A stretch of 64,000 nucleotides of DNA from Candidatus Thorarchaeota archaeon (GCA_029855935.1 JAGSHN010000016.1:1-64000), one strand, 5' to 3'. Counted from the stretch's first letter, positions 29,455 to 39,281 are shown. Numbers and translations: made by a program. Notes: a model not told the origin generated them from the letters alone.

Positions 29455-30861
29455 CTACTCAAACTTGCTTGAGAGGTAATCAGCTAGATTCTGACGATAC
29501 TCTCTTGTCGTATAGAAGCGGAAACGAGTCTTCTTGAAGTCGTGGAGCCTAGAAACGATCGAGAGTGGGTTCATTGCCAAATAGCCGACAAACTCTTTCT
29601 TCGCTCCACGTACACGGAAGAGCCTGATTGTCTTTGCTATGGATTCTCTCGCCCTGTCTTGCTGGGCCCGAAACTCTTCGTCATAGAACTCCCCCTCTAT
29701 GACTGGCAGAAACTCGTGTATGCCGATGTCGACTCGCCGGGGGAAGCACCACTCCCTAGGAATCGATGCTGCTCCGCACATCCGCCCAATCATTTCTTCG
29801 TCCTCGGCATAAGGCACCGCCTTTCCCAGTGCGTCGTTTATGTGGCTCGTCTGACTGCTTCGCAGAATGTCTCTGGATGTGGGCACCTCGTATGCAAGCG
29901 ACAAGGGAACTCTGTCTCTCAGCATTCTCCCTATGATCTCTATTCGACCATCCTGCTTCATGCCTTCATATAGCTTCGACCAAAAGAATGCATCATCGAA
30001 TTGGAGAAAGGACTCATCGTCAATCATTTTGAGGACTTGCTCGAACGAGGGGAAGAGATTGTTGTCGTGTAGACACTTGCACGCTTCCTCCTGGAGGATC
30101 TCAAATCCCATCACTGTCTTGTGAAGATATACAACATCCCAAAGATAATACCGCGCGAGAACATAGTTCTCCACGGCCGCACTGGCCTTGACATTCACCC
30201 CAAGATTGTGCGTATCTTGGTCTATGACAAGATTTGAGATTATTCTAGTGAAGTCGATTCTACCATAGTCAAGTCCGACAGCTATGCTGTCGCGAAACAG
30301 ATAGTCCATCCTATCAAGATCAAACTGTGAGTTTATGAGCTGCCATATGGCTGGCTTCTCTACGTCCTCAGGCTGTCTTCCTTGGATGATCTCACCAACA
30401 TCCTTGGCCTTCCATCGCCCGTCCAACGCCTTCTCGACCAGTTCTTTCAGCTCAGTTTCGCATATGATTCTCTTCCCGACCGCCTCATGTTTTGCCTCAG
30501 AATTCTTTCTTCCCTTTTCCAATCGTGTGTAGAACTCTTCTGTCGAGTGGGAGAGTGGATAGTGCCCCACATCGTGAACCAGCGCGGAAACCCTCAGCAG
30601 AACGCTCTCCTCGCGGGTTAGGTCCCCGATTTCAAGTAGATGTTGAGACACACGGCTTGCCAGCGCCAGAACTCCCAGCGAGTGCGCTAGTCTTGAGTGT
30701 CCTGCAGCTGGGTAGACCATACTGACGAGTCCGAGCTGAGAAATGCGTCTTAGTCTCTGGAGAAGCGGATGATTCAAGATGTCGACTTCTGGTTGTGTAA
30801 GCCGGATTGAGCCCCACACATTGTCGTGAATCTCTTTGACTGGCTGTTGCTGCTGCTTCAC
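29455..30861 (-). CDS. HD-domain phosphohydrolase, SAMHD1/YwfO-like dNTP triphosphohydrolase family
   Basis: LQRLRRISQLG, HSRLAHSLG, LVHDVGHYPLSH, DLDRMDYLFRD, VYLHK. Confidence 0.88.
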   Translation of the reverse strand: MKQQQQPVKEIHDNVWGSIRLTQPEVDILNHPLLQRLRRISQLGLVSMVYPAAGHSRLAHSLGVLALASRVSQHLLEIGDLTREESVLLRVSALVHDVGHYPLSHSTEEFYTRLEKGRKNSEAKHEAVGKRIICETELKELVEKALDGRWKAKDVGEIIQGRQPEDVEKPAIWQLINSQFDLDRMDYLFRDSIAVGLDYGRIDFTRIISNLVIDQDTHNLGVNVKASAAVENYVLARYYLWDVVYLHKTVMGFEILQEEACKCLHDNNLFPSFEQVLKMIDDESFLQFDDAFFWSKLYEGMKQDGRIEIIGRMLRDRVPLSLAYEVPTSRDILRSSQTSHINDALGKAVPYAEDEEMIGRMCGAASIPREWCFPRRVDIGIHEFLPVIEGEFYDEEFRAQQDRARESIAKTIRLFRVRGAKKEFVGYLAMNPLSIVSRLHDFKKTRFRFYTTREYRQNLADYLSSKFE

Positions 30862-30916
30862 CTCCGTCTGGCCTCTCTGCCGTCACAAAGTTGGCAAAGT
30901 CACCGAAACCGGGCTC

Positions 30917-31405
30917 CTATCTCGTTTCGGGTCTCGGGACAAGTTCGTATTCCTCTAGCTTGCGCCAATACTGTTTCATCTCGTCCTCGGATATTTTGGC
31001 AGTCCACGGCTTGAGTTGTTTGAGTCTCCGCTCAATTGCCTCGCGGGACCCGTCGCCACAGCCTATGTGATACAGGTAGTCGAGAGTTGTCATTATCTCC
31101 AAATCTCTCTGAGTGAGGCCCTCTACAAAGTTACGCGTCTTTTGAATGATTTCCTTCTCCTTGTCTGTCAGTTGGGTCCCCGGATAGGTGTTATTCTCGC
31201 CGACCACGGAGAACGCTGCCGCAGTCAGAGAAGGGGAATATGGTCCCCTCTTGTATAGGTTGAAATCAAAGTCAAGATCTAGTCCGAAACGAATGGCGAA
31301 ATACGTGTACTTCTGAACTTTGAATCGGCTGTCAAAATCACTCATCGTCGAAATCCCGAACTCCTTAAGACAGGCTCTTAGTCTCCCCAGATTACTCATT
31401 ATCAT
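30917..31405 (-). CDS. YwgA-like / Panacea (DUF4065)-like winged-helix protein
   Basis: RFKVQKYTYF, FNLYKRGPYSPSL, LEIMTTLDYL pattern; directly upstream of the HD gene. Confidence 0.65.
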   Translation of the reverse strand: MIMSNLGRLRACLKEFGISTMSDFDSRFKVQKYTYFAIRFGLDLDFDFNLYKRGPYSPSLTAAAFSVVGENNTYPGTQLTDKEKEIIQKTRNFVEGLTQRDLEIMTTLDYLYHIGCGDGSREAIERRLKQLKPWTAKISEDEMKQYWRKLEEYELVPRPETR

Positions 31406-31714
31406 CGTCTTCCCGTCCTATTGTACGCCATATAAGCGCCACAGGCTGGGTAGCGGGGTTTGCCTCTGGGCTCCCTACCAAATCAATCTATCGTGTGTCA
31501 TCAGTGGAGGATTCATCCGCGTGAGGTATCCTGATTTCTCTGTTCTTCAGCTATTGCTGTTGTGTCGGCGAAACACCTGTCCACCGCGATACCAACTGCG
31601 CCTGACCAAGCTAGGCAAAATAGCCTAGACGGGATTCTTCGTTCGTGTTGATCCACATGATATCTTGTTGCACGTTGCCACTCTGATTGAAGCACAGTCC
31701 AGCACACGAACTGC

Positions 31715-33865
31715 TCACCCCGACAATGCGTTCCAGAAGTCTTCCAGCACAACGTACTTGAAGCACCCACCGCCTGTCCAGCCGACCTCCTTGGACACTC
31801 CAGACTGCTCCCCAGCAAGGACCTTCTTCATCCGGGGCAGAATGATGGTGTTGAAGTGGTCGCCCATCTCAATTCCAATCCAGTGTCGTCTCATCTTGTG
31901 CGCCACAGCAGTGGTCGTCCCGCTGCCCAAGAAGAAGTCCATCACGAGGTCGCCGGGTCGGCTCGTTATCTCAATGACGCGTTTCAACAGCGCCTCCGAG
32001 TTCTCTGTCTGAAAGCCCCACGTGTTCGAATAGCCGTAGATGTCGCTCCAGTTCGAGTCGAGAACGTCCACATCCCTCGCCTCAACCCAGTATCGTGGTA
32101 CTGGGTCGTCAGCACCGCACTCCGGACAGCCTGCCCACTCGCCGTCATCCCTCCCGTGAATGTGGCCACATCTGCGACACTGGAGGATCAGACGGCCCTC
32201 CTCTATCATCTGATCGATTCGTCTCTGAGAGTACTTCCAGTGCTTTCCGGGTGGGGGCTCCATCGTACGACCAAAGAATGTCTTGGGACGTCCCGGACCG
32301 GTGGAGTCGTTCATGTGCCTCCAGAATCCCTTCCTAGGCCGTCTTCGTGGCCTGAATGGGTCGATGTAGGTGAACGCGTCAGACTTAGAGTAGATGAAGA
32401 TCGTGTCGAGTCCCGAGGGGAGCCGACGAATCTCTCTCTCCATCACGTTCTTGCGGAAGCGTCTGACATGGATCTCATTTCGGAAGTTCTCGCGACCGAA
32501 CAGTTCGTCCATCAACAGCCTGACCAGCATATTTCCACTGTGATCGCACCTGACCGCCATACAGCCATCCTCGGCCAACATCTGGTGTGCGATATTGAAT
32601 CTGTTCTCAAGGAGTGCAACCCACGATGAGTCGTCATAGTTCACACTATAGGAGAAACCAGCATCGTAGCCCTTGTTGAACGGGGGATCGACATAGATAC
32701 TCTTGATGCGTCCTCTCAGGGAGGGTAGGAGAGAACTGAGTGCTTGGTAATTCTCGCTGTGAATCAGCTGACCATCGAGCCAACTCTGCTCCGGCCCAAG
32801 AGCCTCGACTATCTCTGGTTCCATATCCAAGAAGTAACGTGTGTCAACCGGGAGGTGCAGATAAGGTGAGGATTGAGGTGGGGACGTGAGAACATCAACA
32901 AGAGAGGCCTCATCAAGGTCTGACCCATCCGATATAAAGCCCAGAGCAGTCCACTCGGACAGTTGGTCTTTGAACCCTGGATGCCGCACAAGAGTATGAA
33001 TCAGATTGGGACGGGACTCGATCATTCTATCGAGCGATATCACATAGTGCGATTCTATGACAGTCCGTGGTTCGTTCCAGACCTGAACAATCTTCCTCTC
33101 AAGTGGAACGATGGCGCGTATCAGACGAGTGGCAAGTTCTTTGACTGATTGCCACAGGTCCCAGTCAGGCTCGCAGGGTTGTCCGTGGGCTTGCCCTAAG
33201 AGCCATTGGTTCAGCAGCCGTAGGAGCAGGTCTTCTGGGTCTTTGGCCAGAAAGCAGTCGGAGGTCGCCTGTTTCTCGAAGATGCGTACTGCGCGTTCGA
33301 CTGCGTCGCTTGAAACGGAGAGACCGGACCTCCGTAACTCATCTACGAGATTCCGGAGTGTCTTTCGACCAGACCGAACACAACTCACCCGCAGTGCAAT
33401 GGTTGAGTCCTCGACGCTGTCAACGGTGTATACAAACTTCGGAGCAGCCGGAACACTGTCGAGTCTTTGCATTAGAAAATCAAACCGAAGACCGTCGACC
33501 GTCACGCTGAGGTCTGAAACACTGGGAGGGTTCTTGGTGAAATAGAAGTGGCGTGCTAGTCTTAGTGGATGTTCATCGAACATCTTGCAATGATTCTCGA
33601 TGACGTGCGGGAATCGTCCGTTCAGCAGTAGGTCAAGAGCAGTACGAAAGAACTCTGTCACGGCCCTGAGAATGGCTTTGCGGCAAGAGGGCGAATGAAC
33701 CGCTAGACCGCTGAGCATCTTTGCGATAACAGGTTTCACACACGTGAGATAGTGTTGGTGGCGGAGGTGCAGGAGGCGAAGTGGGCCGGCAGCGCCTTGT
33801 AGAGATGCCCCTTCAAAGGACTCACACATTGTTGCAAGAAACAAATCCTCGGCCACTCCAACCAC
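31715..33865 (-). CDS. Site-specific DNA amino-methyltransferase (beta class, Type III Mod-like)
   Basis: LIHSENYQAL, IYVDPPFN, MDELFGRENFRNEI, ENSEALLKRVI, MDFFLGSGTT, WIGIEMG. Start is uncertain. Confidence 0.88.
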   Translation of the reverse strand: MVGVAEDLFLATMCESFEGASLQGAAGPLRLLHLRHQHYLTCVKPVIAKMLSGLAVHSPSCRKAILRAVTEFFRTALDLLLNGRFPHVIENHCKMFDEHPLRLARHFYFTKNPPSVSDLSVTVDGLRFDFLMQRLDSVPAAPKFVYTVDSVEDSTIALRVSCVRSGRKTLRNLVDELRRSGLSVSSDAVERAVRIFEKQATSDCFLAKDPEDLLLRLLNQWLLGQAHGQPCEPDWDLWQSVKELATRLIRAIVPLERKIVQVWNEPRTVIESHYVISLDRMIESRPNLIHTLVRHPGFKDQLSEWTALGFISDGSDLDEASLVDVLTSPPQSSPYLHLPVDTRYFLDMEPEIVEALGPEQSWLDGQLIHSENYQALSSLLPSLRGRIKSIYVDPPFNKGYDAGFSYSVNYDDSSWVALLENRFNIAHQMLAEDGCMAVRCDHSGNMLVRLLMDELFGRENFRNEIHVRRFRKNVMEREIRRLPSGLDTIFIYSKSDAFTYIDPFRPRRRPRKGFWRHMNDSTGPGRPKTFFGRTMEPPPGKHWKYSQRRIDQMIEEGRLILQCRRCGHIHGRDDGEWAGCPECGADDPVPRYWVEARDVDVLDSNWSDIYGYSNTWGFQTENSEALLKRVIEITSRPGDLVMDFFLGSGTTTAVAHKMRRHWIGIEMGDHFNTIILPRMKKVLAGEQSGVSKEVGWTGGGCFKYVVLEDFWNALSG

Positions 33866-34122
33866 GGTCCACAGACTTCAGCCACGTTCCATCAACCCAG
33901 CCGCTCCTATTAACCTCACTGAATCCGTTCCTTGGGGCATCTTGGCGAGTCTATGTCTTCTTTGTGCCCAGAATATGGTCATAGTAGAAGAGGACTATGC
34001 AAGAACTGCTCATCTCGTCTGAGTCAGGTTGCCAGCCACTGTGACTATCGCCTATTCCTGGTTATGATTCCCGGGGAACTCGGATGAACGTCTGAACATA
34101 GACGTACCTACACGGCCAGTAG

Positions 34123-34824
34123 TCATCCAAGTCGCTTTCCGCAATTGGAGCAATACTTGGCTGCCATATGATTGATTTGAGCACCGCAATAGGGACAGTT
34201 CGCGCCCTGAGATTCGGGTCCCAGCGCGTATGGTCCCAGAGGTCCATCGGACCCCTGATGAGTTGTTACTTGTGGCCTAACTGAACGTGAAGCCTTTCGT
34301 CTATTGGCCGTTGCCGGCACGCATACTGCGACGAGAAATATGATTGCAGAAAGAACTCCAACAACGGATGCTATGACCAACGGGATGTTCTCTGGTGTTG
34401 AGGAAACATACAGCAGCGCAATCGACCCCTCCACATGTCTGCGAGAGAACCCATCATTGTTAACTAGGACAAAGACCCAAGTATCCGTGTAGGGAATCTC
34501 AAAACTGCCGGAGTGACTCTCTACATTGTACCTCACATAGGCAACATTAGTACTGTTGCCAGTTCTCCACATCTGGTAGCTGTCCCAGTCGCAAATGAAA
34601 AAGTCCACGCCGCCACCGTTGGTGACTTCAAAGCTCCATAGAATCTCGTGGCCCACTAGGGCTTCCCAACACAAGGCATAGGACCCAGGGGCATCAATCC
34701 ATATGTCAATCATTTCCGTCGGCGACCATCGAACGGGATTGTTGCATTCAACAGAACCTGCTACCACTGAGACTGCCCCCGAGGGCAACATCAACGCAAG
34801 TATGAGTACAAGACCCATTCGCAT
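34123..34824 (-). CDS. Single-pass membrane protein: signal peptide, GOLD/p24-like beta-sandwich, TM, cytoplasmic double zinc ribbon
   Basis: SFEVTNGGGVDFFI...SGSFEIPYTDTWVFVLVN segment; TM; CPYCG...YCSNCG. Confidence 0.65.
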   Translation of the reverse strand: MRMGLVLILALMLPSGAVSVVAGSVECNNPVRWSPTEMIDIWIDAPGSYALCWEALVGHEILWSFEVTNGGGVDFFICDWDSYQMWRTGNSTNVAYVRYNVESHSGSFEIPYTDTWVFVLVNNDGFSRRHVEGSIALLYVSSTPENIPLVIASVVGVLSAIIFLVAVCVPATANRRKASRSVRPQVTTHQGSDGPLGPYALGPESQGANCPYCGAQINHMAAKYCSNCGKRLG

Positions 34825-35082
34825 AGTAGACCCCTCAAGAGACACATTGTTCTGGCCAGCATTCATTAGATTTCCTGCGCACACAATATGAATAGGTTGC
34901 GCCAAGAATACTGAGTCGTAACCGCAAGTGAAGACGCCACGTGTGAATCATTCTGCTCCGACAAGAATACCCGCAAGCACGCCGAATCCGTGTAGCAGAC
35001 CTCTTGTAGCAGTAGCGTTAAATAGCGAACACCCGCAACCTGCACCGCCCGAGGCTACAACAACACACGGGGTCTGCACAGA

Positions 35083-36336
35083 ATGGTCACAACAATGATC
35101 ATGCAACGTATGAGCGTTGCCATGGAGTATGGCGTCATTCTAAAGTGGCTCAAGAAGGAGGGCGACAGAGTCAAGGCTGGAGACCCCGTGGTCGAGATAT
35201 TCGGTGAGAAGAACGAGTTCGAGCTCGAGGCCCCGGCCGATGGTGTCATTCTGAAGATTCTTGCTGATGTCAACGACGAGATACCCATCAGTGAACCGAT
35301 TGCGATAATCGGCGAACCTGGGGAGGAGATACCTGATATCCGACCCAAGAAGCTCAATGCACCTGAACCTGCCACTGCGGCTGTCGCTTCGCAGGCTCCA
35401 CAGCGCGAGGTCTCGCCGCCGGCCACGACAGCTACTGCTCCGAGTCAGAGTGCAACCAGTATGTTGCCCGGTGGCAGAATCAAGGCCTCTCCCCGGGCCA
35501 AGAGACGCGCGCAGGAGCTGGGTGTGGACTTGGCAACAGTTGTTGGCACAGGTCCAGGTGGCCGGATAGTGGAACGCGATGTTGTGGCGGCTGCCAGAAG
35601 TTCGCAGAGCGTCACAGTACCGACGGGTGCGGTCGAGGACACGCGTGAGGTCGCATCGGTTGAGGTTCTCTCACCTCTGCGGCGTACCATTGCTCGCCGG
35701 ATGTCCCAGAGCTGGGAGCATCCTCACATCACTATGATCACTGAGATTGACATGACAGAGGTCGTGGCCCTGCGTGAGGAGATCAATGAGCGCGCAGAGG
35801 CCGAGCTAGGGATCCGTGTGTCCTTCAATGACATCATCATCAAGGCCGTCGCTGATGTACTAGAGCGCTTTCCGAGGTTCAACGCCGCACTCGATGGGAA
35901 TGAGCTCAGAATCTACAAGGACATCAACATTGGCGTCGCCGTGGCAACTGAGAACGGGCTGGTTGTACCGGTAGTCAGGGCGGCCAACAAGAAGTCCATC
36001 ACGCAGATTGCGCAGGAGACAAAGGTCCTTGGCAAGAAGGCCCGTGAGGGGACGCTCACTCCTGAGGACCTGAGCGGCGGCACATTTACGGTCTCCAACC
36101 TGGGGCCCTTCAATGTAGATCTCTTTATTCCGGTCATCAATCCCCCAGAGACCGCGATACTCGCTCTCGGTCAGATAAGGAAGAAGCCTGTCGTCGTGGA
36201 TGACGAGATAGTCATCCGACACACGATGATGGCGAGCTGTGCGGTCGACCACAGGGTCCTCGACGGCGCACCTGCAGGCCAGTTTCTCGCGGCGCTGAAG
36301 GAGACCCTCGAGAATCCGTTCTTCTTGAAGATATGA
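35083..36336 (+). CDS. pdhC: Dihydrolipoamide acyltransferase E2
   Basis: Lipoyl domain (WLKKEGD...GEKN), E3-binding ASPRAKRRA...GTGPGGRI, catalytic DHRVLDG. Confidence 0.93.
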   Translation: MVTTMIMQRMSVAMEYGVILKWLKKEGDRVKAGDPVVEIFGEKNEFELEAPADGVILKILADVNDEIPISEPIAIIGEPGEEIPDIRPKKLNAPEPATAAVASQAPQREVSPPATTATAPSQSATSMLPGGRIKASPRAKRRAQELGVDLATVVGTGPGGRIVERDVVAAARSSQSVTVPTGAVEDTREVASVEVLSPLRRTIARRMSQSWEHPHITMITEIDMTEVVALREEINERAEAELGIRVSFNDIIIKAVADVLERFPRFNAALDGNELRIYKDINIGVAVATENGLVVPVVRAANKKSITQIAQETKVLGKKAREGTLTPEDLSGGTFTVSNLGPFNVDLFIPVINPPETAILALGQIRKKPVVVDDEIVIRHTMMASCAVDHRVLDGAPAGQFLAALKETLENPFFLKI

Positions 36337-36447
36337 GTCCGGCCTGAGATGGAAAGATGGACCGCCACACGGGACTCAATGGACTGAGAGTCTTGGGCCG
36401 GAGTCCTTATCTGGTGGGAAGTAGACTGAGTCACAAGAGAGGGCACG

Positions 36448-37275
36448 ATGTTGGCGTGGCGTCTAATTGATGATGGAGAGGTAGACATCTTCAGAAGTCT
36501 GTCCGTTGAGGAGGCTCTTGCCCGTGTCAACGTGGACCGGAAGACAAAGATCAACACGCTGAGGTTCTGGGTATCAGGGCCGGCTGTTGTGCTGGGACGA
36601 TTTCAGTGCTGTCACAAGGAGGTCAATCTTCGCTTCTGTTGGGAGAATGGCATCGCCATTGCCCGACGTTTCACTGGTGGTGGCACGGTCTATCATGACA
36701 AAGGGAACCTCAACTTCGCCCTGTGTATGGACCAGTCGCGGCCCTACGTCCCAAAGACTCTGCCGGAGCTGTACTGGACCTTTGTGGGCGGCATAGCAAG
36801 CGTACTTCAGGAGCTTGGAATCGCTGCCATATTCGACTCGACACGGTCCTGTCTTCGTGTACGCGGCAAGAAGATCACGGGGACCGCAGGCTGGATAAAA
36901 CGGGGAGTGTCATTCATCCACGGCACGCTCCTTGTGGATGCGAATCTCGAGCAACTGTCGATGGCCCTAGATGTTCCTGCAGGTCAGCCAATCTTTCTTA
37001 GAGAGCCCAATCTCCATCGTTGTATGGAGAGTAAGCGCGACGTGGTCACAACGATTGAACGAGAGATGGAGACTCCGCCAACGATGGATGAGATAAAGTC
37101 GGCGGTAGTGAGAGCCGTCAGCAGGATCTCTCATGAGCCCATCGAGCATGGGCCTCTCGCCGACCTTGAGAGGGAGGCTGCAGAGGCTTTATATCGGGAC
37201 CGCTACTCAAGGGCTGAGTGGAACTTGGGCTATCCCCTTCAAGACACCATATCAACCCCCAGGGAGAGCTTGTGA
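36448..37275 (+). CDS. lplA: Lipoate-protein ligase A family (catalytic domain only)
   Basis: RRFTGGGTVYHD.GNLNF, KKITGTA, HGTLL. Confidence 0.85.
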   Translation: MLAWRLIDDGEVDIFRSLSVEEALARVNVDRKTKINTLRFWVSGPAVVLGRFQCCHKEVNLRFCWENGIAIARRFTGGGTVYHDKGNLNFALCMDQSRPYVPKTLPELYWTFVGGIASVLQELGIAAIFDSTRSCLRVRGKKITGTAGWIKRGVSFIHGTLLVDANLEQLSMALDVPAGQPIFLREPNLHRCMESKRDVVTTIEREMETPPTMDEIKSAVVRAVSRISHEPIEHGPLADLEREAAEALYRDRYSRAEWNLGYPLQDTISTPRESL

Positions 37276-37625
37276 TGACCGACGTGGAGAAGACGCTGAA
37301 GAGTTTTATGAAGCATTTTGGTGCCCTGAACAGGGACATCCCGGACACGAGGAACGCCTTCACGGACCTACTGAAGACGGTCCATGTCGATGGCGCGCTC
37401 CCGGCGAAGTTCAAGGAGATCATCTGCATCGTGGCATCGGTGCTTGCTCCCTGTGAGCCCTGCATCGTCTACCACACCAAGAAGGCCCTTGAGGCTGGTG
37501 CGACGCGTGAGGAGATAATGGAGGCCTGTGGTGTGGCTATCACGATGGGTGGAGGTCCTGCGGTGTCGCATATCTCTGTTGTGCAGGACGCCCTTGACGA
37601 ATGGGCTCCTCGCAAGAAGAAGTAG
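37275..37625 (+). CDS. Carboxymuconolactone decarboxylase/AhpD family protein
   Basis: GALPAKFKEII, CEPCIVYH, ALEAGATREEI, MGGGP. Confidence 0.88.
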   Translation: MTDVEKTLKSFMKHFGALNRDIPDTRNAFTDLLKTVHVDGALPAKFKEIICIVASVLAPCEPCIVYHTKKALEAGATREEIMEACGVAITMGGGPAVSHISVVQDALDEWAPRKKK

Positions 37626-37636
37626 TTTACTTCGTT

Positions 37637-38680
37637 CTAGTCGAGGTCTGTGAACAGCACCTTGATTGCCTTGCGGGACTCCATATAGTCGAATCCTTGC
37701 CTCCACTCATCCAGACTGATACGATGAGTGATAAGTGGGCGCACGTCAATCTGCCGTGATGCCATCATCCGTAGAGTGGTCACCCACGTCGACGGCAATG
37801 TGCCCCAGGTGCCGAGGACTCTGAGCTCCTTGGTCACAATATCGTCGAGATTCACCTCGATAGGCTTGCCTTGTAGTCCGATGAGTGATATGTTTCCGGC
37901 GACCCTGACAAACTCGAAGGCCTGTCTGCGTGCTGGGCCCGCTCCTGAGGCCTCCACAACAACGTCAGCTCCGAGGCCTTCTGTGTACTCGCGGACGATC
38001 TCGACTGCGTCTGGTTCCGCCTGAACATCAATTGTGAGGTCTGCTCCCAGTCTCTCTGCAATGTCCATCCTCCATTTGTCTGACGTGACACCAGTGACGA
38101 TGACTCTTGAGGCTCCCATCGCCTTGGCAATCTGCACTGATAGGAGCCCCGTTGTCCCCGGCCCCTGCACGAGAACGGTGTCACCTGGCTGGATGGGAGT
38201 GCACTCCACTAGAGTGTGGACGACGCAGGCCGTGGGCTCTGCAACCGCGGCCTCCTCAAGGGTGACTCCCGACGGCACCCTGTGGACTATATACTCAGGT
38301 ACCACCATATATCGCGCAAATGCCCCGTTGGCACGGGACACTCCAAGAATACGCTTGTCCGATGCGGTACATCGGTTCATATGTCCAGTCTTGCAGTGAA
38401 AGCACTGCCCACAGTACGCAGTCGCCGGCCCTGTGACACGGTCTCCCTCGTTGATGTTTTCGACACCGTCGCCGACCGCAATCACTTCGCCGGCATATTC
38501 GTGTCCCATGATGATAGGCGGAGTGTAGAAGGCGGTGTCGTGCTTGATATGTACGTCAGAGCCGCAGATACCGGCTGCCGCTATACGGACGAGTACCTCT
38601 CCCCTTCTAGGTCTTGGATCGGGTACCTCGCGTATCTCCAGATTGCCGGGCCCTCGCGCAGTCTTCATCAGGCCTCTCAA
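37637..38680 (-). CDS. Zn-dependent medium-chain alcohol/polyol dehydrogenase
   Basis: GICGSDVH, GHEYAG, CGQCFHCKTG...C, GPGTTG. Confidence 0.92.
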   Translation of the reverse strand: MRGLMKTARGPGNLEIREVPDPRPRRGEVLVRIAAAGICGSDVHIKHDTAFYTPPIIMGHEYAGEVIAVGDGVENINEGDRVTGPATAYCGQCFHCKTGHMNRCTASDKRILGVSRANGAFARYMVVPEYIVHRVPSGVTLEEAAVAEPTACVVHTLVECTPIQPGDTVLVQGPGTTGLLSVQIAKAMGASRVIVTGVTSDKWRMDIAERLGADLTIDVQAEPDAVEIVREYTEGLGADVVVEASGAGPARRQAFEFVRVAGNISLIGLQGKPIEVNLDDIVTKELRVLGTWGTLPSTWVTTLRMMASRQIDVRPLITHRISLDEWRQGFDYMESRKAIKVLFTDLD

Positions 38681-38891
38681 GAACGCTTACCTCGGTTCGG
38701 CAGCAGAGTCGTACCACTATAGAATGTTATGGGTTGTGGTCAGGGCCCCGCACAGTCTTCACCAGATGGTCGCCATGAGAGAGGTGAATAGAACAGGTCC
38801 TCCCCCGTTGACGCATATCTTGTCCGAGCCCGAAACACGTTATCGGGTCATCCACTCTCTCAATGTGACCCCGCTCTTGAGAGAAGCCTGT

Positions 38892-39167
38892 TCACAGGAG
38901 CCTGAGGAGTGATGGGGGCTCGTGGCCCTCGTCGACGGGTTGTACCTTGAAATGCGGCCCCTGTTCATTTCGCAGGCGTGAGGCTGTGTGTGCTCCCACG
39001 AATCTCTTCCTAGTGTCTGCCTTCTGCCCCTGCCATATGTAGATTGATCTGCTGTCAGAGTCGACAATGCATAGCACTTTTTCCGGACTCAGAGCCTTCC
39101 GTGTGAGCTCTATCTTGAATGAGGTGCCGTCGTCTCTCATCTCTAGGGCTTCGGTCAATCCGTTCAC
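38892..39167 (-). CDS. Single-domain gelsolin-like protein
   Basis: LSPEKVLCIVD...IYIWQGQKA...VDEGHEP gelsolin-repeat signature in 91 aa. Confidence 0.85.
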   Translation of the reverse strand: MNGLTEALEMRDDGTSFKIELTRKALSPEKVLCIVDSDSRSIYIWQGQKADTRKRFVGAHTASRLRNEQGPHFKVQPVDEGHEPPSLLRLL

Positions 39168-39281
39168 TCATCCTGTGTCTGCTGTTGTATCACTCTTGAA
39201 CTGTCGTGTTTTGACAGCTATACTGATTCTCTGGCAGTCGGACCCTTTAATGCTCCTATGCTTCGCCCTCGAAACTTCGCC

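Noticed and set aside
30840-30861. Short CAG run (KQQQQ) at the HD gene start as a phase-variation tract
   Set aside because: Only four triplets, and in-frame changes would not switch expression.
34249-34262. GAC-CCC-TGA (DP-stop) as a possible VhuU selenocysteine motif
   Set aside because: It is followed immediately by a second TGA and lies antisense within another gene.
29244-35082. Calling the inserted block a mobile element
   Set aside because: No integrase, transposase, att site or terminal repeats could be identified by eye.
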